From positions 15,569-79,568 of the IMG/VR virus record IMGVR_UViG_3300045117_000026: a stretch of 64,000 nt of DNA; one strand, given 5' to 3'. Below the pieces are notes generated by a model. The model did no database searches. It was not told the DNA's origin and saw nothing but the letters and a program-made list of their open reading frames with translations. This DNA is from a virus. This document shows positions 36,686 to 44,618 of this stretch, one piece after another. Each line of letters begins with the position of its first letter. Position 1 is the first letter of the stretch. The translations under genes and the position numbers were made by a program.

Positions 36686-38355
36686 CTGAAGAAAACGGGT
36701 CCCTCGCTAGCAGACCAGATGAAGTTGTTGGAGCTGATGGCTCGTTGAATGCGGCTGGGCTTCACAAGGACGGTCGAGAGGGACCCGCCGAACTCAATGA
36801 ACAGCATATCCTGACAGGAATGCCACCGATACCGCAAATATTACAGTGCGTTGTCACCTTTCAGGCAGTTAACCTTGTCGGCTCCTCTGTATATGACGGT
36901 AGCAAACCCCACGATGCCGATGTTCTGGTTCGCTCGTCAAGCTCGCTCCCAGAACTCGAGCGTAATCTGGAAACACAACTTGGGCCAAAGGTACATTTCC
37001 TCTACGAGACTAAAGGGCCGTCTTGGGACCACATGCCTCTCGGCGACTTTGTTCTTTATCCGGTTAACGGCAAACCAGCTATAAGCGAAAGTTCTGCAGC
37101 AGATACGCTAGCTGGAAAGTTACGGCCAATACTCGTCGACCCTCGGTATCTCAACCTCGTCAAATCTTCCGGAACTATCAAATTCCGAGTGAACTCCGAT
37201 TCGCCTGACCCCGGTTTCTTTCTGAAGTTACAGAGGATGATGGGTGACTTGGGGCAGGATGCGGTGGGTTTCTCTCAGAAGACTGAGGTGGGGGAGGTAC
37301 CGGTGGGGATGCTTTATTTTATTCCATATCCGGCCTTTCAGAAAGTCGTGGTTAACGAACCGGACTTTAAGCGATTCTATATTAAGAAAACAAATGTTGA
37401 GGAGAATGCAATGCTTGTAAAAGATTTTTTGGAGTTGATTGAGGGTGTCGGTCTAGTTGAGGGAACGCGGCCGCCGTGGGGTTCTCCAGGTGGCAAACGC
37501 TTCATGGCAAGGCGTCTTATAAAGATGTTTCCGGAAGAGTTCAAAACCTATGTCGAGCCGTTCTTTGGCGGTGGCGCCGTTTTCTATGCGATGGATAATC
37601 AAAAGCAGGGACGCAAAGAGATTATCAACGACCTTAATAAAGACATCGTCCGTGCCGTCAAGTTTATCCAGCATATATCCGACGCACAAATTGACGCCCT
37701 GTCGAAGAAGGATTGGAAGCCGACTGCCGATCACTATGCTTATCTTAAGAACTTGAAGCCGGTGCGGGAAGTTGATTGGATGTACCGCTTCCTCTACATG
37801 AAGCGTCATTCCTACGGTGGCAATATCGGTCAGCAAGGATTGAAACAAGCCACCCACACCCCCGCCTACTTTGAGAACCTGAAGAGGGTGAGAGAGCGTC
37901 TCAAGGGTGTCGATGTCCGTAGCGAAGACGCTGCGAAACTCATCCCCAAAGTTGACGGCAAGGACGTGTTCTTTTTCCTTGACCCGCCGTATCCTGAGAA
38001 GACAAAGAACTGGTTTAATCTCGGCTGGATAGAGATGGACGACCTCGTCAAGCTGGCAAAGGGGATGAAAGGCAAGTTCCTGATGACATTACAGGCCGGT
38101 ACCAAGGTCCGGAGTGCTTTCAAAGACTTCAACGTCAAGTCAATGAAGACATATGCCTACATTATCACCAATCGTCCAGGACAGGCCCCTGCAGTCCGCA
38201 ACGAAACCATCATCACGAACTACGATAAGAAGAACGTCAAGGAAGCTTTTCCTGAGAAGTTCTTTACTATTACTGCGAGTGATGGCATTACTGTCATCGA
38301 GCAGAAACTACTGACGCCTGAAGAAATGGAAGCCCTCGAGTTTTCTGAGGATTAG
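36682..38355 (+). CDS. Fusion of an unknown N-terminal domain and a Dam/D12-class adenine methyltransferase
   Basis: C-terminal half has SPGGKR, YVEPFFGGGAV, IINDLN and FLDPPY. Confidence 0.85.
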   Translation: MTEENGSLASRPDEVVGADGSLNAAGLHKDGREGPAELNEQHILTGMPPIPQILQCVVTFQAVNLVGSSVYDGSKPHDADVLVRSSSSLPELERNLETQLGPKVHFLYETKGPSWDHMPLGDFVLYPVNGKPAISESSAADTLAGKLRPILVDPRYLNLVKSSGTIKFRVNSDSPDPGFFLKLQRMMGDLGQDAVGFSQKTEVGEVPVGMLYFIPYPAFQKVVVNEPDFKRFYIKKTNVEENAMLVKDFLELIEGVGLVEGTRPPWGSPGGKRFMARRLIKMFPEEFKTYVEPFFGGGAVFYAMDNQKQGRKEIINDLNKDIVRAVKFIQHISDAQIDALSKKDWKPTADHYAYLKNLKPVREVDWMYRFLYMKRHSYGGNIGQQGLKQATHTPAYFENLKRVRERLKGVDVRSEDAAKLIPKVDGKDVFFFLDPPYPEKTKNWFNLGWIEMDDLVKLAKGMKGKFLMTLQAGTKVRSAFKDFNVKSMKTYAYIITNRPGQAPAVRNETIITNYDKKNVKEAFPEKFFTITASDGITVIEQKLLTPEEMEALEFSED

Positions 38356-38358
38356 AAG

Positions 38359-39363
38359 ATGCCGTCTAGAGAAGAGCAAAGGGAATTAGGCGAAATCGCT
38401 AAAGGCGACCTGTATATGAATAAACAGGAGAGCGATAAGCCGTCGCCTTTTGTTGTGCAGATGCACGTTCGTGGAATCTTTACCGACTCGGAGAGATTGG
38501 CATTACTCAAGAAGCCGACTGCCGAGTCTTTACGAAAAGCCGGTTGTGAGTATCTGAACGGTAGTGTCCAGGAATTCACCAACAAGCTGGATAAGGCTGA
38601 TGCTTCAGAGGATATCTCGAGCATACAGAAGCAGTTTATCGTTGACGTCCCAGACGACTTCGATATTGCGAAAGTCATCAATCGTGGTAATTCGCACCAT
38701 GACTTGAGGATTCATCCTGCAGGAGAGAAGCACCTGATTGGCTGGACGATTACGGCTCCTCGATTCGCCGTACAGTTGTTAAAGACAGGCAACATACTAT
38801 TCCCCGGCAGAGACAAACTTCTTGCGAATGAGGCTGGCGACAAGATACCGTCGGTAAAGAAAGCGAAGCAACCCGTGGAATGGTTGACGCTGGTTACTAA
38901 CGGCAAGAAAACATATGAAGCAGACGCAGGGGAAGTTGGTGCTACTCCTGAAACCGGTGGCAAGTTCTTCTTCAATGCTTCCGGCTCCCTGCTGTTCGGC
39001 GTACAGAAAGATGACTATCACGAACTGTTCCTGCGGTTTGATCCCCCGTATAGTAAACTCTCCGGAAGATGGGGTTTTCAAAAGATAGCTGGCAGCCCGT
39101 CATACAATAAGGTTTCTGCCCAGTGGTGGATGATGGATAAGGTGTATGAAAACCCTGCCCCTTATATAATCCATTATTCCAGGGAAGCTAAAGAGAAGCA
39201 AGCGAAAGAAGATGGAATCAAACAGATTATATGGAATGCCAAGACACTATCTTTACTTAAGTCTCTTGATTTCGGCAAGCAATTGCTAGAGGGTATTGAC
39301 AAGGAGAAGATAGATGAAAAGATTGCCGAATACTCCAATGGTGGTGGAGTATGGGAAGCCTAA
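38359..39363 (+). CDS. LigD 3'-phosphoesterase-like protein
   Basis: FVVQMH-x-R...HHDLRI...LIGWTI resembles the LigD PE motif FVxQxH...HxDxRL...SW, with an insertion. Confidence 0.55.
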   Translation: MPSREEQRELGEIAKGDLYMNKQESDKPSPFVVQMHVRGIFTDSERLALLKKPTAESLRKAGCEYLNGSVQEFTNKLDKADASEDISSIQKQFIVDVPDDFDIAKVINRGNSHHDLRIHPAGEKHLIGWTITAPRFAVQLLKTGNILFPGRDKLLANEAGDKIPSVKKAKQPVEWLTLVTNGKKTYEADAGEVGATPETGGKFFFNASGSLLFGVQKDDYHELFLRFDPPYSKLSGRWGFQKIAGSPSYNKVSAQWWMMDKVYENPAPYIIHYSREAKEKQAKEDGIKQIIWNAKTLSLLKSLDFGKQLLEGIDKEKIDEKIAEYSNGGGVWEA

Positions 39364-39376
39364 TGATTAAAAGCGC

Positions 39377-39697
39377 GTGGACAGCACAAGGCAACGGCTT
39401 TGCTCCTTTCCCGTTCGCCCCAAATACTCCTATCATGGCTACCACCGGCCATCGGTAGGTGCTGTCCCGTCTTTTTGTTTGGAGAGAAACTTGGCAGAGT
39501 TCGGGAGTACGTTCGACAAACCAATCAACATTACAAGAGTGGATACTGACAGGATGCGCGAATCTGCTAGTCCTTCCGCCTTAAGGCTGTTGTGGGTTAT
39601 CTCGCAGATAGGGTACGGTGAACTACGGGTAATAGTTAAGAATGGTGAGCCGGTCAGGGTGGTAGAGGCCGTCAAGGAGATCAAACTCGATGTCTAA
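39377..39697 (+). CDS. DUF2292 (YezD)-like protein
   Basis: C-terminal IGYGELRVIVKNGEPVRVVEAVKEIKL; true start may be downstream. Confidence 0.65.
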   Translation: MDSTRQRLCSFPVRPKYSYHGYHRPSVGAVPSFCLERNLAEFGSTFDKPINITRVDTDRMRESASPSALRLLWVISQIGYGELRVIVKNGEPVRVVEAVKEIKLDV

Positions 39698-40022
39698 TAC
39701 GTCAGAACTTTCGCAGTTTTCCAAATACAACAGGTTTATTGTTAACTTCCAGATTGGCAGCAAAGGCGCTGATATTGCTGGGACCCCGTGGCACCTGAAA
39801 CTTGATATGTCGTTCTTTATTGACAAGCTTGGAGATGACAAATTCCTTGCCTGGTGGAATCAGTATGCCGGATACGGAGATTGCCCGCGGTCTGCCATCA
39901 GCGATGCGATCATCCATATTGCTCATGAATACACAAGGCTGTTGTCTAACCTTGAGAATTTGTCCAGCGAGGAAGCCAAGAATGCCGAGATGCTAGGCTG
40001 GATATTCGAGCCACGCAAATGA
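39690..40022 (+). CDS. Hypothetical protein
   Basis: Overlapping co-oriented ORF. Confidence 0.6.
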   Translation: MSNTSELSQFSKYNRFIVNFQIGSKGADIAGTPWHLKLDMSFFIDKLGDDKFLAWWNQYAGYGDCPRSAISDAIIHIAHEYTRLLSNLENLSSEEAKNAEMLGWIFEPRK

Positions 40023-40318
40023 TCCTAAAAGTTGTGATGGTGCACTGGAGAGATGTTTCTACCGAGGATTCTTTGGTTCCTCAGAAGGGCACTAGCCTGT
40101 TAAGCACGTGGCCCAGATGTGATGTCGGCTTCCTGTTATTCGATGGTAAAGATGAAGACGGCGTTGAGGTTGTAAGGATTTCTCCGTTCTATGCGTTCCA
40201 TAATAACGAGGTCTTTTACCAGAGTATCGTAACGTACCCGAGGGCCATCATTACTAAGTTAATGCATTTATGCGAGCTGGATGTTGGGAAAATTTCTCCA
40301 ACAGCCCTTGACAAATAA
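40019..40318 (+). CDS. Hypothetical protein
   Basis: VMVHWRD...DVGFLL...YPRAII motif pattern common in phages. Confidence 0.6.
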   Translation: MILKVVMVHWRDVSTEDSLVPQKGTSLLSTWPRCDVGFLLFDGKDEDGVEVVRISPFYAFHNNEVFYQSIVTYPRAIITKLMHLCELDVGKISPTALDK

Positions 40319-40373
40319 ATATTTGTGTGCTTTACTTCCTGTCAGAACACTTGTTTTTGCCTAACAGGACAAC

Positions 40374-40404
40374 CGGGGCAGTCTTACGACTGTCCCGTTT
40401 TTTT
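40374..40404 (+). terminator. Intrinsic terminator immediately upstream of the capsid gene
   Basis: CGGGGCAGTC-TTAC-GACTGTCCCG followed by T7. Confidence 0.85.
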
Positions 40405-40445
40405 AGGTCTGAGTGGCAAAACAAAGAATGGAGGACGCAAGGTCG

Positions 40446-43130
40446 ATGTCCAAAACTTTACTAGAGGCCAAAGTGGATGCGGAGGTGTTTGGGGCTATCA
40501 AAGCCGCACTGGGGAAACTCAGTGCCGTGTCTGACAAGTTGCCCGAAAAGGCAAAGAAAGCTGTCGAGACACTAGCCTCTATCCTTGGTGGCAAAGTTGA
40601 AGCCAAGGAATCCGAAAAAGCTGAAGAGAAGGCGGATGAGGAAGAAGTGAAGTGTACCGGCAAGGAAGATTGTCCTTGTCCTGAATGCAAGAAAAAGCGC
40701 GGGGAAGAAGTAGAGGAAGCTTGCAAGGGCAAAAAGCCGGGTGAGGCTGATGAGGAATCCGGGGAATGCACTGGGGAAGAAGATTGTGAATGTCCGGAGT
40801 GCAAGAAAAACAAAGCCAAGGCTAAAGAGGCCCTGCGGCCGAGTGAAATCGTAAAATCACTCGACCTGCTTTATGAGGCCGAGAAAGAATCCGGGGACAA
40901 ACTGCCCAAGGATGTCATTACCGCTATCAAGGCGCTGATGACAAAACTAGCTGATGTTCTCAAGGACCTCGGTTACTCATACAGTGATGGTGGGAGCGGT
41001 AAGGGGTTCTATCATAATGATAAGGACTCCAAGCACAAGGGTAAGAAACCGCCTGCCTACTATTACTCATCTTCCTATGGAGATGCCACTCAAACTGTGC
41101 GTGAGCCTGTACCACATGACAGGAAGCGCATCCAGGCTTCCGCCAGACTGATTGAGTCTGTTAGCGGAACAGAGGGCAAGAAGTGGCACGCCGTCCTGAT
41201 TCAGTCAGGTCTATCGAAGAACCGTTTCATGTACCGGGATGATGTACTCGAAAAGGCTACGCCTCTCTTTGAGGGGTGTAAATCCTATGTTGACCATCCG
41301 AATACAACCGACAGGAAACAGTTACCTGAGAGAAGCGTGGCTGATATTGCTGGATGGTTCGAGGGTGCTACGAAGCAACCCGATGGCATTCATGCTACGT
41401 TCCATGTAGCAGGGGGCAAGGAATGGCTCCGTGAAATGTTCATTGATGCTTACGAGCACAATAAGCCCGACCTGCTCGGTTTCTCAATCTACGCCGAGGG
41501 TAAGACCCGTGTTGACAGACAAGACGGGAAACTAATCTGGATGGTTGAGAGTATTGACAAGGTAGATTCCGTTGACGTTGTGACTCAACCTGCAGCCGGC
41601 GGTCGAATTGCCGGACTAATTGAATCCGAAGATGGAGAAAGAGAAATGAAAGAACTCGAAAACATGACAGTTGAAGAACTGTCGAAGATTCGTCCGGACC
41701 TGGTCGAATCTATCAAGAAAACTGCTCAGCCCCAGCCGCCACCCAAGAATGATGAGGGGGATAAGGTGATTGCGAGGATGGCTGAAGCGGAAAAGGCAAT
41801 TAATGTTAAGCTTTGCGGCGTTGCCTTAAAGGAAAAGCTTGCTGGTAGTAAGCTTCCTGTCGCCTTTAAGGAAGCCATCGAGAAGGACTTCGCCGGTCGT
41901 GTTTACCCCGAAGCCGAACTTGATGCCCGAATCACCCGCGATACCGATATCTGGGCAAAAGCTTCTCCCCCGCCCCAGCCCGTTACTTCGAGAGTACGGG
42001 AAATGCACGAGAACAAGGACAACATCAGCAAGGCTCTTGATGCCATGATACAGAACAAGACGGATGTAGATGGCGTCAAACCGTTCCGGTCTCTTACCGA
42101 GGCCTACGCAACCTTTAAGGGAGTGCCGATTGTCGATGTTAATCCCCTGAACATACTCCGTGAATCGGCTGCCGGATACGATTCTGGCGCCAGGACCCTG
42201 AGGGAATCCGTTACCACTTCCTCTTGGGGTGAAATTCTTGGCGACTCCGTTACCCGTGCCCTGCTTGCCGAATACAACATCCCCGGCCTTGATGATTGGC
42301 GCAAGGTGGTCTCCACCATTACCAGCCTCAAGGACTTCCGGACTCAGCGCCGGCAGAGACTCGGCGGATACGGCACTCTGCCGTCCGTCGGACAGGGTGC
42401 TACTTATCAGTCTCTTACCTCACCAACTGATGAGGAAGTCACCTACTCTCCGAGCAAATATGGTGGGTTGGAAGACCTGACCATAGAAACCATCGCCAAT
42501 GACGACCTCGGTGCCGTTCAGTCCATTCCGAGGCGTCTCGCACGTGCCGCCAAGATTACGCTGTATCGCTTCGTGTTTGACTTCCTTGCGAACAACAGCT
42601 CCATCTATGACGCACTTGCCCTCGCCCACTCGACCCACGGCAACATCAGCACCACCGCCCTGAGTTATGCTCAGGTAATCTCTGCCGTCCAGAAGATGCG
42701 TGACTTCACCGCCTACGGCGCGACAACCGAGTTCTTGCAGATTCGGCCCAAGTTGCTCGTAGTCCCGAATGAACTCGAAGCCACTGCGTTCTACATCAAC
42801 ACGATGGATACCTATCCGGATACCGTTACCCCGGCTGCCGGTGGTACCGCTGCCGTTGACCTTCGCCGCAACATGGTTAAGGGATGGTTCGAAGTTATCG
42901 TGGTTGACTACTGGACCGATGCCGATAACTGGTGGCTGGTTGCTGATCCCAAACTCGCCCCGACATTCGAACTCGGCTTCCTTAACGGGAAGCAGGAGCC
43001 TGAACTGCTCTCGCAGAACGACCCGACCCAAGGCTCACTGTTCTCTGCCGATAAGGTCTCCTACAAGATACGCCATATCTACGGCGGAGCCGTTCTTGAT
43101 TGGCGGTCATACTTCGGCGGGATAGTGTAG
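40446..43130 (+). CDS. Prohead protease-scaffold-major capsid polyprotein (Mu gpT-like capsid domain)
   Basis: Protease motifs SKNRFMY, YVDHP, GFSI and SVDVVTQPAAGG; capsid motifs RPKLLVVPNELE, FLNGKQEP and YKIRHIYGGAVLDWR; GGAGG SD before the ATG at 40446. Confidence 0.92.
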   Translation: MSKTLLEAKVDAEVFGAIKAALGKLSAVSDKLPEKAKKAVETLASILGGKVEAKESEKAEEKADEEEVKCTGKEDCPCPECKKKRGEEVEEACKGKKPGEADEESGECTGEEDCECPECKKNKAKAKEALRPSEIVKSLDLLYEAEKESGDKLPKDVITAIKALMTKLADVLKDLGYSYSDGGSGKGFYHNDKDSKHKGKKPPAYYYSSSYGDATQTVREPVPHDRKRIQASARLIESVSGTEGKKWHAVLIQSGLSKNRFMYRDDVLEKATPLFEGCKSYVDHPNTTDRKQLPERSVADIAGWFEGATKQPDGIHATFHVAGGKEWLREMFIDAYEHNKPDLLGFSIYAEGKTRVDRQDGKLIWMVESIDKVDSVDVVTQPAAGGRIAGLIESEDGEREMKELENMTVEELSKIRPDLVESIKKTAQPQPPPKNDEGDKVIARMAEAEKAINVKLCGVALKEKLAGSKLPVAFKEAIEKDFAGRVYPEAELDARITRDTDIWAKASPPPQPVTSRVREMHENKDNISKALDAMIQNKTDVDGVKPFRSLTEAYATFKGVPIVDVNPLNILRESAAGYDSGARTLRESVTTSSWGEILGDSVTRALLAEYNIPGLDDWRKVVSTITSLKDFRTQRRQRLGGYGTLPSVGQGATYQSLTSPTDEEVTYSPSKYGGLEDLTIETIANDDLGAVQSIPRRLARAAKITLYRFVFDFLANNSSIYDALALAHSTHGNISTTALSYAQVISAVQKMRDFTAYGATTEFLQIRPKLLVVPNELEATAFYINTMDTYPDTVTPAAGGTAAVDLRRNMVKGWFEVIVVDYWTDADNWWLVADPKLAPTFELGFLNGKQEPELLSQNDPTQGSLFSADKVSYKIRHIYGGAVLDWRSYFGGIV

Positions 43131-43146
43131 AAGGAGGAATGATAAA

Positions 43147-43566
43147 ATGGTAATCTCTTTACATGATGTCCCCGGAACTTTCGTAAGCGATCCGATCACC
43201 ATCCCGAAGCAGGCTAACGCCGAACTGGCCGACTTCGTGGTATTCCGGGCGCCTTTTAAGTGCAAGGTAACAAAGGTTCTTGTTACTACTGGCGCCAACT
43301 GGGCTGGAGTAAACGATGCTACTAACCACAACAGATTTGTCCTTCTTGATGTTGGTGTTGGTGGCACCGCAACCCCAAGTGGCCTTGGTACAATTTCCGG
43401 TTCTCCAACTGGAACTGTACTGACTGCCTATCAGCCGGGTACCCTCTATTCTGGTACTCTTAGCTGCGAGGCAAATCATGAACTAGTCTTCCGTGTCGGC
43501 ACCGTCGGCACCGGTACTACGGCTGCACCTGCGGCCGCTTGTATTGTGGAGTTTATAGGCGCCTAG
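43147..43566 (+). CDS. Head decoration / minor capsid protein
   Basis: Directly after the capsid gene; Gly/Thr-rich beta protein; AAGGAGG SD. Confidence 0.65.
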   Translation: MVISLHDVPGTFVSDPITIPKQANAELADFVVFRAPFKCKVTKVLVTTGANWAGVNDATNHNRFVLLDVGVGGTATPSGLGTISGSPTGTVLTAYQPGTLYSGTLSCEANHELVFRVGTVGTGTTAAPAAACIVEFIGA

Positions 43567-43592
43567 ACACACTTGACCTGACCTGCTATACT
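43564..43592 (+). promoter_or_regulatory. Putative promoter
   Basis: TAGACA-17bp-TATACT with extended TG, followed by a long G-U-rich hairpin at 43597-43638. Confidence 0.6.
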
Positions 43593-43682
43593 AGTTGTGT
43601 GGGGGGAGTGGGAAGTTGCTAATCCGCTCTCCCCGCACGAATCACCTAGCGGTAGAGAAAAACACACTATCGGAGGAAGAGA

Positions 43683-44000
43683 ATGTGGGAAACCGTAGCT
43701 TATGGCACCGTGGCAGTTGGTACTGCCGCAGTAGGACTTAATAATACCGACGCAGGTGCGGTTCTTGCGCCTGCTAGTTCACCGCCTATTCAGGCAGCCC
43801 TCGTATACGTTGAACTCAATGCTGGAAGTGTCCGTTTCCGCGTGGACGGAGGGACCCCGGGTACAGCCTACGGCGGTGGATTCCTTGGTGCTTCAGATGA
43901 CTACATCTGGATAACCGGACAAAACGACCTAAGAAACTTCAAGGCTGTTGCTGCTAACAGCACTGTAGATGGTATATTGGTAGTTGCTTTCAAGCGGTAG
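43683..44000 (+). CDS. Small virion protein; paralog of the C-terminal domain of 62407-63573
   Basis: QAALVYVE...VRFRVDGGTP...G.FL...D.I.I.G pattern is shared. Confidence 0.65.
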   Translation: MWETVAYGTVAVGTAAVGLNNTDAGAVLAPASSPPIQAALVYVELNAGSVRFRVDGGTPGTAYGGGFLGASDDYIWITGQNDLRNFKAVAANSTVDGILVVAFKR

Positions 44001-44006
44001 GTAGTT

Positions 44007-44552
44007 ATGATAACTATCATCAACAGAAAGACCGCGGTAAGCGATATTCGTGCCACCGTTAATGAAATCAAAACGGAGGCCGAGTTCACTGAGGACCACA
44101 TCCATTCTAAGAACCGCGCATTAGGGAAGAAGAACCCCCAAACGGCTACTGTTTGGGCTGAACTTCAGTCCCTGAATCCGTTTGTTGTAACCTCTGGCAA
44201 TAATGATTTCGGAGCAGCAGAGCAACTGATTGGCTCTGCTGATACACCGTTTATAGTTGGAGAACTATCGTTCGACTGCGGTGATATGCTTATAACAGCC
44301 ACATCAGCAACAACCCCGTACATCATAAGGACTATATTTGGGACGGTCGATGCCGCGACTGCTGAAGCTGCCGGAGATTTTTCCGAGATACAATTTATGA
44401 AAGAAAGTGCTTCGGGTAGAGCTACCATTGTAAGAATTGGTATGCCAGCGATAGTCTCCGGTACTAAGGTCTGGGCAAAAGTCAAGAATGCGAGTAACGG
44501 GGAAACCATCTCGTTCTTGCTAAATATTCACCATTACGATATTGTGTATTAA
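44007..44552 (+). CDS. Putative virion structural protein
   Basis: 181-aa ORF in the head module with EDHIHS. Confidence 0.65.
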   Translation: MITIINRKTAVSDIRATVNEIKTEAEFTEDHIHSKNRALGKKNPQTATVWAELQSLNPFVVTSGNNDFGAAEQLIGSADTPFIVGELSFDCGDMLITATSATTPYIIRTIFGTVDAATAEAAGDFSEIQFMKESASGRATIVRIGMPAIVSGTKVWAKVKNASNGETISFLLNIHHYDIVY

Positions 44553-44618
44553 GATGGCTTTTGTAATGATTCGCAAAAAGGATAAGACCAAGATGCCAGG
44601 GAAGGTGCAGAAAGTCTA

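Noticed and set aside
43597-43660. Possible tRNA or other structured RNA after the decoration gene
   Set aside because: Only a single long hairpin, with no cloverleaf or T-loop consensus; no tRNA was recognised anywhere in the window
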